Origin: the human T2T-CHM13v2.0 reference genome, Homo sapiens
Assembly: GCF_009914755.1 (NCBI RefSeq)
Contig: NC_060938.1
Reading direction: 5' to 3' (one strand)
DNA length: 64,000 nt
Shown: positions 1-13,074 of the stretch, piece by piece
How positions within the stretch are numbered: the stretch's first letter is position 1
How the letters are laid out: each line of letters begins with the position of its first letter
Translations under genes and position numbers: made by a program
Notes under the pieces: model-generated
Database searches by the model: none
The model's input: the letters and a program-made list of their open reading frames with translations, nothing else
What the model was told of the DNA's origin: nothing

Positions 1-515
1 AAAAGGGAAGGCTTATACGTTGCTGGCGGAAATGTAAATGAGTATAACCTCTACGGAAAACAGTATGGAGATTTGTTAAAGAACTAAAAGTAGATCTACC
101 ATTTGATTCAGCAATCCCACTACTGGGTATTTACCCAAAGGGAAGGGAGTCATTATATGAAAAAGACACATGCACACATATGTTCATAGCAGCACAATTC
201 ACAATTGCAAAGATGTGGAACCAACTTAAGTGCCCATCAACTAATGAGCAGATAAAGAAAGTGTGGTATATACACACCATGGAATATTACTCAGCCATAA
301 AAAGGAATGAAATAATGTCTTTTGCAGCAACTTGGATGGAGCTGAAGGCCATTATTCTAAGTGAAATAACACAAAAGTGGAAAACCAAAAATCATATGTT
401 CTCACTTATAAGTGGGAGCTGAGCTATGAGTACACAAAGGCATTTAGAGTGATATAATGGACTTTAGAGACTCAGAAGGGGGAGGATGAGAGGAGAGCTA
501 GGGATAAAAAAAAGT
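1..515 (+). mobile_element. L1 (L1PB/L1MA-type) ORF2 C-terminus and 3' UTR
   Basis: ORF 180-422 (MFIAAQFTIAKMWNQLKCPS...HMFSLISGS) is the L1 ORF2 3' end; ends in an A-rich stretch. Confidence 0.9.
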
Positions 516-559
516 TATCAATTGTCTCTATCATGAGGGTGAAAAGCATACTATAGACT

Positions 560-2645
560 GGACTTGACAAGAGACTCATATCCAAAATACAAAAAGCTCC
601 TACAACTCAATAAAAAATGGCCAAAAGCTACATTAAAAATTAGGCAATGAACTTGAAAAAGCATAAAAAAGGATATCCAAATACCCAATTAACTTATGAA
701 ACTTAGCTATTATAGACATGCAAAATAAGCCAATGATGAAATATTACTAAATGCCTACAAAAGAATGGCTAGTTAAAGAGTGGTGATATCAAGTATTAAC
801 TAGAGCCACCAGAACTTCCATGTACTCCTGGCCAGCACATAAACTGATGCAATAGTTTAGAAAAAATGTTGATACTACTATAGCATTTGAAAACACTGTA
901 TGTAAAAACCATAGAATACAGTTAAGATAGTGCTCAGAAAAAAGTTTATAGCATTAAATATTCAATATTACAAATAAAGATAAAAACTAATGAAATATGT
1001 ATCCATTTTAACAAATTTAAAAAAGAACAGCAAAATAAACCCAAAGGAAATGGAAGCAAGGAAATAAAGTTCAGAGTAGAAATTAGTAAAATAGAAAGCA
1101 AACATGCAATAGAGAAAATGGTTAACAAAGCAAAAGTATAATTAAATTGATAAACCTCTAATGAGATTAATCTAGGGGAAAAAAGAGAGATCATGCATAT
1201 AACAAACATTAAGAATGAAAAGAGAAAGTAAATGTAGATTCTTCAAATACGAAAAGATTAAAATCTATTATGAATAACTTTTTACTAATATATTAGAAAA
1301 TTTAGATGAAATGAGTTTCTAGAGAAATAGAACATACAGCTAACTCAAGAAGAAATTGAAAGCCTGAATAGTCATATACCATAAGAAATTGAATCAGCAC
1401 TCAAAGATCTTTCCAAAAAAAACAATTTATAAGCTTAGATGGCTGCAACAGGGTATCTGCCAACATTCAAAAAAGAAATAATTTTACACATACTATTCCA
1501 GAAAATAGAAAAATAAGGATACTCCCCAATTCATTTTATGAAGCTTACATAACCTTAATAGCAAACTCTAATGAAGATGTTATAAAATAGGAAAATTACA
1601 AGCCAACTTTACTTATGAACATATATGCAAAAATCCTGAACAAATAATTAGCAAATTTACTTCAATGTCAGATTGATCTACTTTAGGAATTCAAGATTGG
1701 TTTAACTTTAGACAGTCAATTACTGTAATTCACTACATTAACAGATTAGAGGGAAAAAACAATAGAAACAAGAAAAATAGTGTGATAGAAAATTCAACAT
1801 ACATTCATGATTAAAACAAACAAAAAACAAAAAACCTTAGCAACCTAAGACTAGAAGGGAACTTCCTCAATCTTAAAAATTTCCCCCTAAGCAGTATTCC
1901 CAGCTACTCAGGAGGCTGAGGGAGGAGGTTCACTTGAGCCCAGGAGTTTGAGTTCAGCCTGGGCAACATAGCAAGGTCCCATCTCTACATAAATAAATAA
2001 ATGTCCCCTTGAGAGCAGGAATAAAACAAGAGTGCTTTTATTTAGCATTGTACTGGGGAGAAGGTTGTATAAGCATTGCAAAGGATATCAAATCAATGTA
2101 CTAAATTCAGTTACAGTCATAAATATATGTAATATCTAGAATTAAAGCTAAAAAAAGATATGAAATACTTCTATGGAAAAAATATAAAACCTTATTGAAA
2201 GACAGTAAAGGAGATCTGCATAGTGTCGAAATATATAATATCAATGCATTAAAAAACTCAATATTGTGAAATGGCAATTTAGTACAATACCAATAAGAAA
2301 CAAGTCTGTTTTGGTTTTGATTTGCTTTGATCTGATCTTTTCAGTGAAACTTGGCAAGCTAATTCTAAAATTTACATGGAGGTACAAAGAGCCAAAAATA
2401 GCCAAAACATTTTGGAAAAGAGAAGGTAGGTGAATTTGAGATATACTGGATCTCAAGACTTATTTTTAAATCCATAGTAATGTACATAGTGCAATATTAG
2501 TCTAGGAACAGACAAATGGGACATAAGGCACAGTGATAGATGACAGAAGTGACACTGCCTATTCAGAAGGTAGTGGTATACTTTTCAATAACTACTGCTG
2601 GAAATATTGAATATCCATACAAAAAATTCACATAGAAAAATAAAA
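560..2645 (+). mobile_element. Old L1M ORF2 fragments
   Basis: A-rich degenerate L1 ORF2-like motifs (e.g. ttttatgaagcttacataaccttaata, caagattggtttaac). Confidence 0.7.
1897..2002 (+). mobile_element. Alu monomer fragment (FLAM-like)
   Basis: cccagctactcaggaggctgag...cagcctgggcaacatagcaag followed by (taaa)n tail. Confidence 0.8.
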
Positions 2646-2651
2646 TTGAAG

Positions 2652-2930
2652 GGCCAGCTGCAATGACTCACACCTGTAATCCCACATTTTCGGAGGCTGA
2701 GGCATGAGGATGGCTTGAGGCCAGGAGTTTGAGACTAGCCTGGGTAAGATAACAAGACCCCGTCTCTACAAAAAATAAAAAATTTAGTGAGGCATAGTAG
2801 TGCATGACTATAGTCTCAGCTACTCAGGAGACTGAGGTGGGAGGATTGCTTGAGCCCAGAAGTTCAAGGCTGCAGTGAGCTATGATTGTGCCACTGCACT
2901 CCAGCCTGGGCAACAGAGCAAGACCTCATT
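2652..2930 (+). mobile_element. AluJ lacking a poly-A tail
   Basis: Dimeric Alu with J-type diagnostics (ggattgcttgagccca, gtgagctatgat); runs straight into RPL12 sequence. Confidence 0.9.
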
Positions 2931-2938
2931 GTCTGTCA

Positions 2939-3392
2939 TGTCTGTCTCCAAAAAAGGTTGGTGATGACATCACCAAGGCAACTAGTGACTGGAAGGGTCT
3001 GAGGATTACAATGAAACTGACCATTCAGAACAGACCAGCCCAGATTGAGGTGGTAACTTCTGCCTCTGTACTGACCATCAAAGGCCTCAAGGAACTGCCA
3101 AGAGACTGAAAGAAACAGACGAACATTAAACACAGTGGAAATACCACTTTTGATGAGACTGTCAACACTGACAGATAGATATGGCATCGATCTTTAGCCT
3201 GAGAACTCTCCAGAAATGTTAACGAGATCCTGGGGACTGCCCAGTCTGTGGGCTGCAATGGTGATGGCCACCACTCTCAGGACATCATAGATAACATCAA
3301 CAGTGGGACAGTGGAATGCCCGACTAGTTAAAGAGTATTGAAATATAAAAATACCTTAATAATGGACCATTTGACAATCAAAATAAAGAAAA
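2939..3392 (+). pseudogene. RPL12: 5'-truncated processed pseudogene of ribosomal protein L12 (uL11)
   Basis: Translates [31 protein letters not shown]...GTAQSVGCN...[11 protein letters not shown] (stop 3329-3331). Intronless, with in-frame stops (TGA 3107-3109 and others), a 3'UTR-like ggaccatttgacaa and an A-rich tail. Confidence 0.95.
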
Positions 3393-3720
3393 AGGTTTTT
3401 GGATCACTACAAAAGCAGCAACGACTTGGCCAAGGTTCAGGAGAGGAAGATAGCCCAGAGAAGTAAGCCCAAAGTTTGAAACTGGTTTTGTCCTCAAGGC
3501 ATATGCCAACTTGAATATGAGAGCTGAGAGGCTGAGAATGTAAACAGTAAGTGGTAGCTAAGAGACTGAGAAGCCAGGCAGAATTTACAGGACTGGATAC
3601 TGAAGTTCACAGCCTGCAGAGGAGAGGCTCTGGCTTTTGGTGAGAATCCCAAACAGTCTTGTCTCGGAAATAAGGATAAACTGGAAATAGACCCCTCAAG
3701 AGGACTGGAGTCCAGTTTTC

Positions 3721-3998
3721 TTTTCTTTTTTTTTTTTCGCCCAGGCTGGAAGTGCAGTGATGCAATCTTGGCTCACTGCAACCTCCACCTCCCGAGTTCA
3801 AGCAGTTCTCCTGCCTCAGCCTCCTGAGTAGCTGGGATTACAGGCGCCCACCACCACGCCCAGCTAATTTTTGTATTTTTAGTAGAAACGAATTTCACCA
3901 TGTTGGCCAGGGTGGTTCACACTCCTGTCCTCAGGTGATCCGCCCACCTCAGCCTCCCAAAGTGTTGGGATTACAGGTGTTAGCCACAGTGCCCGGCC
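3721..3998 (-). mobile_element. AluS with 13-bp TSD
   Basis: TSD gagtccagttttc at 3708-3720 and 4000-4012. Confidence 0.95.
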
Positions 3999-4099
3999 AG
4001 AGTCCAGTTTTCAATCAGCTCAATATTTAACCAGATTAAGTTGATCAGTCCCTAGCCTAACTGACTGACAGATGGAACAGTAAATTCTCTCTAGAAGAC

Positions 4100-5060
4100 A
4101 AAAATCAGCCAAAGCCTGAAATAATCCCTACGATTTTCTACATATACTTCCCAGAAACAATCAAAACTAACCAGCAATTTGAAAAGAAAAAATTTTTTTT
4201 AACAAAAACATAGAATTTTGTTAAAGCAGCAAATAAAATACACTCATAAACAAGCCAGATATTAAAGCTATGAAATATGAATGTTTAAATAACTGCAATT
4301 AATATGTTCAAGAAATCGGAAGACAAAATGAGAGATTTCAGTAAATAAGAAAATGATCCTAAAAGAATCAGTGGAAATTCTAAGGCTAAAAACAACAATA
4401 TCTGAAATTAAGAATTCAATGAGTGGGTTTAATAGCAAATTAGATAAAACTGAAGAGAAACAGTAACTCAGAAGATGATAGGTCAGGAATAAAATCCTGA
4501 ATGTCAAATGGAGAAATAAAAGAGTGGAAAATACAGAAAATCGCCTAAGAAACAAAGGTCTAATATAAGTATAATCAAAGTTCAGAACAAAGGGAAAGAG
4601 AGAATGAAGTAGAAGCGATATTTGAAGACATAATGGCACAGAATTTTCCAAAACCAGCAGAAGATTCAGGAAGGACAAACAACCCCTACATGTATCTTAG
4701 TAAAACTGCTGAAAACCAAAGACAAAAAGAAAATCTTAAAAGCAGCTAGAGATATAATTCAAAAGCAGACAAAACTCGACTATATTGTTTAGGGATGCTT
4801 AGCTAGGTAGCTTAACTTTTTAAAAAGCAATAAATTATTGTTTTAAAATGTAAGACATCTGTTGTCTCTAAAGGACGATGGGGGAAGTGATCGGGAAGGA
4901 CTTCCTTTGGTGCTGGCAATGTTCAATTTCCTAACCTCAATAGTGGTTACCTGGGCAGTTGCCTTATAATTATTCATTAAACTGCACATGCATGTTGTGT
5001 GTACTTTCTGTATTTATTTATAATGTGCAATAAAAGGGAAAAAGCTAAGTAATGTTTTTA
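4100..5060 (+). mobile_element. Old L1M fragments (ORF1 region plus a 3' end piece)
   Basis: aatatctgaaattaagaattcaatgagtgggtttaatagc is ORF1 coiled-coil-like; L1MC/ME-like 3' end at about 4900-5050. Confidence 0.7.
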
Positions 5061-5144
5061 AAATATGTTTTACAAGTGATGTTGTTGGTTTTTTTCTTAG
5101 AGACTGATGACATAGACTACTTTCTGTGGAAATGTTTTTCATCT

Positions 5145-7083
5145 TAGTGTTTTCATTAGCATTATCAGCTAAGTGGATGTATAATTCTGAATCTTTTGTT
5201 GTCATTTCAACAATGTTCATAGTATCTTTACCAGGAGTAGATTCCATCTCAAGACACCACTGTCTTTGCTCATCTATAAAAAGCAACTCTTTAACCCTTC
5301 AAGTTTGATCATGAGATTGCAGCAAGTCAGCTCCATCTTCAGGCTCCACTTCTAATTCTAATTCTCTTGCTATTTCCACCACATCTACAGTTACTTCCTC
5401 CACTGAAGTCTTGAATCCCTGAGAGTCATCCATAAGAGTTGAAACCAACTTCTTCCAAACTTCTGTTCATGTTGATATTTTAACCTTCTCCCATGAATCA
5501 TTAATGGTCTTAATGTCATCTACAATGGCAAATCTTTCCCAGAAGTTTTTCAGTTTACTTTGCCCAGATCCATCAGAACAACCACTACCTATGACATCTA
5601 AAGCCTTACAAAATGTATTTCTTAAACAATAAGACTTGAAAGGTGAACTTACTCCTTGATCCATGGCTGAAGAACGGATATTGTGCTAGCAGACGTGAAA
5701 ATAACATTAATCTTCTTGTACATCTCCATCGGAACTCTTGGGTGATAGGTGCATTGTCAATGAGCAGTATATTTTGAAATATTTTTCTGAGCAGTAGATC
5801 TTAACAGCAGGCTTAAAATATTCAGTAAACCATGCTAAAAACAAGTATGTTGTCAACCAGGGATTGTTGTTCCATTTATAAAGCATATGCAGAATAGATT
5901 TAGTACAATTCTTAAGGTCCCTAGAATTCTCAGAATGGTAAATGAGCACTGGCTTCAACTTAAAGTCACCAGCTTCATTAGCCCCAAACAAGAGAGTCAG
6001 CCTGTCCTGTGAAGCTTTGAATCCAGGCATTGACTTCTCCTTTCTAGCTATGTAAGTCCTAAATGGCATCTTCTTCCACTAGAAGGCTTTTGCATTTACA
6101 ATGAAAATCTGTTGTTTAGTGTAGCCACCTTCAGCAGTTATCTTGGTTAGATCTTCTAGCTAACTTGGCGAAACTTCCATATCAGCACTTGCTGCTTCAC
6201 CTTGCATTTTTGTTATGGACATGGCTTCTTTCCTTAAACCTCACGAACCAATCTCTGCTAACTTCCAATTTTTCTCCTCACATCTCAGCTTTCATGGACT
6301 TGAAGAGACTTAGGGCCTTGCTCTAGATTAGGCTTTGGCTTAGGGAATGTTGTGGCTGGCTTTAGTATCTAGACTAAAATGGGATACTAAACTAGAGACT
6401 AAAACTTTCTGCATATCAGCAATAAGCCTGTTTCTCTTTCTCAACATTCATGTATTCACCACAGTAGCACTTTTAATTTTCTTCAAAAACTTTTCCTTTG
6501 CACTCACAACTTGGCTAACTGTTTGGTGCAAGAGGCCTAGCTTTTGACCTGTCTGGACTTTTAACATGACTTCCTCACTAAGTTTAATCATTTCTACCTT
6601 TTGATTTAAAGTGAGAGATATGTGACTCTTCCTTTCACTTGAACGCTTAGAGGCCATTGTAGGTTATTACTTGGCTTAATTTCAACATTGTTGTGTCTCA
6701 GGGAATAGGGAGGCTTGAAGAGAGGAAGAGACTCGGAGGAATGGCTGGTCAATGGAGCAGTCAGAACATACACATTTATTGATTAAGTTCACCTTATGGA
6801 CACAGTTTATGGTTCCTCAAAATAAATTACAATAGTAACATCAAAAAATTACTGATAATGGATCACCATAAGAGATATAATATTAATATAAAATTTTAAA
6901 ATATTGCAACAGTTACCAAAATGTGACATAGAGACACAAAGTGAGAACATGCTGTTGGGAAAATGGCACCAATAGACTTCCTCCTTACTCGACGCAGGGC
7001 TGCCACAAACCTTCAATTTGTAAAAAATGCAACATCTATAAAGCACAATAAATCAATCCACAAGAACATGAGGTAGGTTTGTA
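5145..7083 (-). mobile_element. Tigger1 DNA transposon (pogo family), 3'-truncated, dead transposase
   Basis: ORF 6448-6657 [29 protein letters not shown] and ORF 5707-6069 [27 protein letters not shown] match Tigger1 transposase; degenerate TIR plus TA near 7060-7083. Confidence 0.93.
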
Positions 7084-7089
7084 CTTGAC

Positions 7090-8463
7090 ATATTCAACCA
7101 CCCACTTCTTTAAACAACCTTCTTCAATGAACAGGCTTCAGTGGCACAAAACAAAACAAACAAGCAAACCTTGTGTTTCTCCTCTCTCCAATTGTCCTCT
7201 CTTGCTTTCCTGTTGGCACTTCCATTTTACCAAGTGAAAAGTCATAAGTGTGGGCATTTCTCATACACTCTGCCGTTCTCTTTATGACTATGTATTCCTT
7301 CTGGTAACTCCTGTCTTCAGAATTAAATTACCACTCTGTGGTAATGGCTTTCAACACTTTAAATCTGAGAGCTTAAGCCACCAGCACTCCAACAGTGTGC
7401 AAACCATCTGCACTGGGATGGCCCACCGTCAACTCAATCTTTCCATCTTCCACACTGAATGCATTTTGTTCTCCACCAAACCAGCTTACCCTTGCAAGTG
7501 TCCAGTTTCCATCAGGCACTTTAATGACAACAAAAACCTCATTGTTCTTTTATCCTTCTTTCTCTTTCATGTTCTAAATCCAATTGTCCCTCAAGTCCTT
7601 TTGATCCATTTTTCAAAATCTCAACTCACAAACTTTGGAGAGAAGAAGACCTGAATTTGATTCTAGCCTCTGGCACTTAATATCTAAAAGATCTTTGGAA
7701 AAATTGCTTACTTTCTCTGTGCCTTTGTAAAATGTGGCCAATAATACCTGCTCTGCTTGGAAACGTTAGTTTATTTTTTTTCCTCCATTCTCATTAATAC
7801 CGCCTGACTTCAAGCCCTCATTTTCTAACTGTTAGGCTGATGAAACGGCCACTTAGCTGAGTTTCCTACTTCTCATCTTCTTTTATTCCAGCCTACTCTG
7901 CTAGCACAATCAGATCAAATTCGAAGAAATCAAATCAACCATGTCACTCCAGTTCCTCATAGCTGTGAATGCTTCCCCACTTAGCTGTTGGATGTTTATA
8001 TTCACAGACACGGTATTAAGCATCTCAGGGTCTCATACTATCTATTTAATTTTTTCTCAAAAAAACCCCCCAAAAACCTCTTAACTTCTACAGGATGATT
8101 TTTACTAATCCCGTTCAAACTTCCCATATGGTGCTTCCCCAGCCTGGAATGTACTTAACTTTCTTTCCTTCTGTCTATTCAAATTCACTCTTCAAATTAC
8201 CTCTCCTCCAGGTCCTCTCTACTTACTGCAGGAACTTGAATTTCCAAGCTTGTTTAGAACTTAATTCTACTCCTTGTTTTGATACATAATTATATGCTCC
8301 CTTCCATGGCTTAACTGTTCAGTGTAAGGGTGTATTATCATTTCAACCAAGACAGCAGGCTTCTGGAAGGCAAGGCCTATGTCCTACGTGACTTCTCTGG
8401 AACCCTTAGCAACCAGCACAATAACACACACACAGTTGGTTCTCAATTCCTGTTGAATGAATG
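7090..8463 (+). mobile_element. L2 fragments with an embedded MIR (~7640-7760)
   Basis: L2 3' end ...cctgttgaatgaatg; MIR core ttgcttactttctctgtgcct...tgtaaaatg. Confidence 0.6.
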
Positions 8464-8499
8464 TGACAGGTCATCACTTGATGCAGATACAGCTTACTT

Positions 8500-9030
8500 C
8501 CTTTTTTAAAATTCTAAAATGTTTCAAATATACAGCAAACTCTAGAGAATAACAGCAAACATCTTGATCACTTAAATATTAATATATTCTCATGTTAGAT
8601 TCCAAGTTTTCTAAGGAAACAAAACTTTGCGAATGCTGTTGAAGTCTGTTGTACCTGTCCCTGATCCCATTCCCTACCCTTTTGTCCCAGACGTACCCAT
8701 CCAGATGTGTCCTTAGAGTCAACATGTTTAAAACTTGAATTACTCATCTATGTGATCATAGAGTCCACTTTTTGTGTTTTTAAATTTTATATAAATGTTT
8801 ACAGCATATTTTGCATCTACTAATTGCTCTTTTCAACTCATTACTAGGTTTTTGAGGTCTACTTACACTGATAAAATAGAGACATGGGTTAGTCATTTTA
8901 CTGTTCCATAATGCTTCATTGTACGACTATATCATAATGTATTTGTCTGTTCCTAAGTTGATGAAAATTTAAGTTGTTTCCAGTTGTTTGTTATTATAAG
9001 TAATGTTGCAATAAACATCCTCAAGAATGT
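8500..9030 (-). mobile_element. L1ME-type 3' end
   Basis: gttgtttccagttgtttgttattataagtaatgttgcaataaacatcc is typical antisense old L1. Confidence 0.65.
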
Positions 9031-9642
9031 GAGGCAGCCTACTTCAAAACAAGCAAACCCACAAATTAAGTCTGTAATTCCCAAACAATGTTTCACATAT
9101 GTCCTCAAATTTTTAAACTTCCAAATATTCCAGTCAGGCCTCAGCCTGGTTCATAATATTCCACAGCTGATGTAGCATATAAAGAGCAGGACCCAGTCTC
9201 CCAGTCTCAGTACAATTGATTTTTCCTTTTTCCTGAAGTTCATCAACCTCAAAATATTAGTAATCACTTTATTCCTCACTATCAATATACCACAGTTAAT
9301 AGCTGGGAGCCACGTGAAAATGAGTACACTGTGTCTAGGTAAACATTTCTCTTCTTAGCCCAAAGCTTTTTAAATGTCTGATCAGCCATCATTTAATAAA
9401 TATTTGTTGAACTCGGTAACATCAGGCCCTGTTCTAGGCACTGGGAATCAAATGGTGAAGCAGAACATGCTTCCATGGAGCTTGTATTCTAATAGGAAAA
9501 TACAGGTAATAAATGCTGTATAAAGAAATAAATAAATAAACAAACAAGTAAACACAAAATATATCAGAGAGCAATAAGTGCTATGATATTAAAGTGGCAA
9601 CATGATAGAATAAAACTGGGAAAGGCAATGCACCTACTCTAG

Positions 9643-9832
9643 ACCACCATGTCCAGTGGGACTTCCTGCAGTAATGGAATAGTTCTATATTTGTGTCATC
9701 CAATGCGGTAGCCCCTAACCCCACTTGAAATGTGACTAGTCCAAATGAAGAACTGAATTTTTAATTTAATTTTAATTAATATAAACTTTAAATGGCCACA
9801 TGTGGCTAGTGGCTCCGCTACTGAACAAGGTG
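9643..9832 (+). mobile_element. MER3 (hAT-Charlie MITE)
   Basis: tgtccagtgggacttcctgcagtaatggaa...cacttgaaatgtgactagt...gccacatgtggctagtggct. Confidence 0.85.
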
Positions 9833-10467
9833 GTTTGCCCAGGATCACAGTGGGGGTTAGTGGCAGAGAAATTGGAACCCAAAGAGTCTGCCATCAGAGT
9901 TTATGTTCATAACCACTACATCATACAACCTCTGCTGGTATATTAGCTGAAAGAAGGGATCCTGACAGGTTTTGCCTATTTGTTAGTTTGATAATAGTGC
10001 GTTTTTATGCTGATGGAAGTTAGTTCATGGAAAGTGAACAAGGGATGACATAGAAGAGAGAGAATGCAAAAGGAGGTGTCTTGAAAAATAAGAGGAGATG
10101 AGATCCAGAACACAAGTGAAGGAGTTGGCCTTTGAGAGGGAGAGTTAATTCTTAGCACAGCAGGGAGGGCAGACACTGTGGGTGCTGGAGATGGGATAGT
10201 GAGGGAGTTTCTGATCTTTGCTCTGACTTCCTCAGTGAAGTGTGAAGCAAGAGCATTAGCTGAGAGTCAGGAAAGGAGGGGCAGGAATAGGAAGTTTGAG
10301 AAGAAGGAAAGGTATGATAGCAGTAATTTTGGGGAATGGCAAGTGTAACTGAACATTTAGACAGTTTTGAGCACCCATTTGAGATCCGTGGTCATGAATT
10401 TTAAATGAAACCACTCAGTATAGTTATTTGTTCTGGTCATGCCCTGATCTTCTTAGTTCCAAAGGGA

Positions 10468-11488
10468 ACTAACCAAGTCTCTGGACCCCCAAACTTCTGT
10501 GAGGAAGCAGGCTGAGAAAATTACTCAGTTGCAAACATGAGCTATTTCTTATGGAAGATGAAGAGTGACTCAGAATCCAGAGCCAACAGCCATGGTAAAT
10601 CATTCTCAGGGAGCAAGATTGGACCCACTCAAAACAACAGGTGACATGTGTTTTATGTGACTACCATGTGTCGGTCCCTTCCCTTTTGTACAGGAATGTT
10701 TCTTGTAGCCATGGTCGCCTGTATCACCATTGCATCTTGGGCATACAGAGAGCAAATAAACTGGTCTCTTTGGCTCAAGGTCTTCCCATTAAGAGAAACC
10801 ATATTCAAGGTGTGGTACCAAAAAGAACTACAGTTGTATCTGATTAGATGACAAGATCCTGGAGTTTGACTCAATGCTGAAATAAAAGGACACTGGGGAT
10901 CTTAGGAGGGAATGATATAATTTTGCATGTAGGAGGGATACAAATTGTAGTGGCAAGAAGGCAGACAGTGGATGAAAATCAAAGATGACACCATCAATTC
11001 CTTCCCTACTTGCAAATGCATGCTGTTCCTCCATCAAAAGGTGGAGTTTAATTTCCCATTCCTTGAATCTGGGCTGGCTTTAATGATTTGTCTTGACCAA
11101 TAGAATACAGTGAAAATGAAGTTCTGGGACATCCAAGAATATGTTATAAAAAGCCTTGCAACTTCTGCCTTAGAACATATGCTCTTGGCACATTCTTCTT
11201 CGATCCCTGAACCCCATATAAAAATCCCAGCCCACTCTTCTGAAAAAGAAATGTATGGGGGAGGACTGAGGTATCAGACATATGAGTGAATATTATCCAG
11301 CCCAGTCAAGTCTTCAGGTGGCTCCAAGACCACCCACAATTTAAGTGCCAATGCATGAGAAATCCCCAAGAGAGAACTGTGCAGGTGAGCACAGTCAACT
11401 CTCAGAACCATGGAGAAAATAATAAATTGTTGTTTTAAGCCACTGCATTTTTAGGATGTTTGTTACACAGCAACAGATAACAAGAATA
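10468..11488 (+). mobile_element. MLT1 (MaLR) internal 3' part (to ~10965) plus LTR
   Basis: LTR 3' end ataaattgttgttttaagccactgcattt...tgttacacagcaacagataac; internal end ttttgcatgtagggaggga. Confidence 0.8.
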
Positions 11489-11959
11489 TCATGGTTTTGA
11501 GCCCCTCACCAGTCTGTTCTACGTATGTTCTCATTTTTGCCATCTAAGTCACAGATGTTAAATCTTTCTATTTATACTCCTGCCTGCTTTCCAAAGAGGA
11601 TTTGTCCTGTTAGGCTAGAGAGTTTCCTGTTTTGACTAGTGCCCTGATGGTGTTGGGTATAGAAACTTGCAGGGAGGAACTGAAAGTAGAAACTAGGTTC
11701 AAGTTTAATTGCTCTAATTTATAAAGAAAAAAGGAATTTGAAATTCCTGAGGGAAATTGAGGAAAGAGGAGAAACAAGAGCCAAGAATGATGGGGAAAGT
11801 ATCAGAGAAATTGAAAAGAAATCTCAGTGGTGGCACAGCAGCCAAAGGACAATAAAACACAGGCATCTGATGGAAGGGTTAACTTGTCAACTTGGGAGGA
11901 TATAACATAAAATCTCTCCTTTGACTTAGCAAAGTTTCAAGAAAATCTACATTGCTCAC

Positions 11960-12979
11960 ATATCATTTTTTGTGGTGAGATCTACCGTTTTAGTGATTTT
12001 CAAACATATAATATATTGTTATTAACAGTAGCCACCATGGCCAATCAATCAATCTCTTGAACTCATTCCTCTTGTCTCACTGAAATTCTGTGTCCTTTGA
12101 CCAATATCGCCCTAGCCCCCAAATCTCCAGTTTCTGGTAACCACCACTTTATTCACTGTTTATATGAATTCAACTTTTTTTATACTCCACATATAAGTGA
12201 GATCATGTAGTATTTGTCTCTCTGTGCCTGGCTTATTTCACCTAATTTAATGTCCTCGAGGTTCAACCACGTTGTCACACGTGACAGTATCACCTTCATT
12301 TTTAAGGCAGAATAGTATTGCATTGTGTATATTTACCACATTTTCATTATCCATTCATCTGTTGATGGATACTTTGGCTGCTTCCATTCACTTAGGCTGT
12401 TATGAATAATGCTACAATGAACCTTGGAGTGCAGATGTTTCTTTGACATATTGATTTCATTTCCTTTGAATGTATACCCAGAAGTGGGATTGCTGGATCA
12501 TAAGGCAGTTCTTCTATTTTTAATTTTTTGAGGAACTTCATACTATTTTCCATAATAGCTACGTTAATTTACATTCCCACCAACAGTATATAAAAGTTCC
12601 CTTTTCTCCACATCCATGCCAACATTTGTTATCTTTTTTCTTTTGGATAATAGCTATTTTAACAGGTGTGAGGTGGTAGCTCATTGTAGTTTTAATTTGC
12701 ATTCCCCTGATGATTAGTGATGTTAAACATTTTTCCATATAACTGTTAGCTATTTCTGTTTTCTTTCAAGAAATGTTTATTCAGGTCCTTTGCTCATTTT
12801 TAATTAGGTTATTTGTTCCCTTACTATTCAGTTGTTTGAATTCTTTTTTTGAAATATATTAACCCTTCATCACATATACAGTTTGCAAATATATTATCCC
12901 ATTCTGTAGGTTGTTTCTCATTCTGTTGATTGTTTCTTTTGCTATCCAGAAGATTTTTAGTTTGAGGTAATCCCATTTG
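11960..12979 (-). mobile_element. L1MA-type 3' end
   Basis: ccacatataagtgagatcatgtagtatttg and gaagtgggattgctggatcata are antisense L1 3' sequence. Confidence 0.9.
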
Positions 12980-13074
12980 CATGAATGGATTCTTTAGTGA
13001 AATTCCAAGAGGTAATGCATTGGCATGCAAGCATAATGGAATGGAAGAATAATGAGGCAGCCAATATCTGGGTT

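Noticed and set aside
11735-11910. Open purine-rich plus-strand frame (FLREIEERGETRAK...)
   Set aside because: No start or splice context and no recognisable homology
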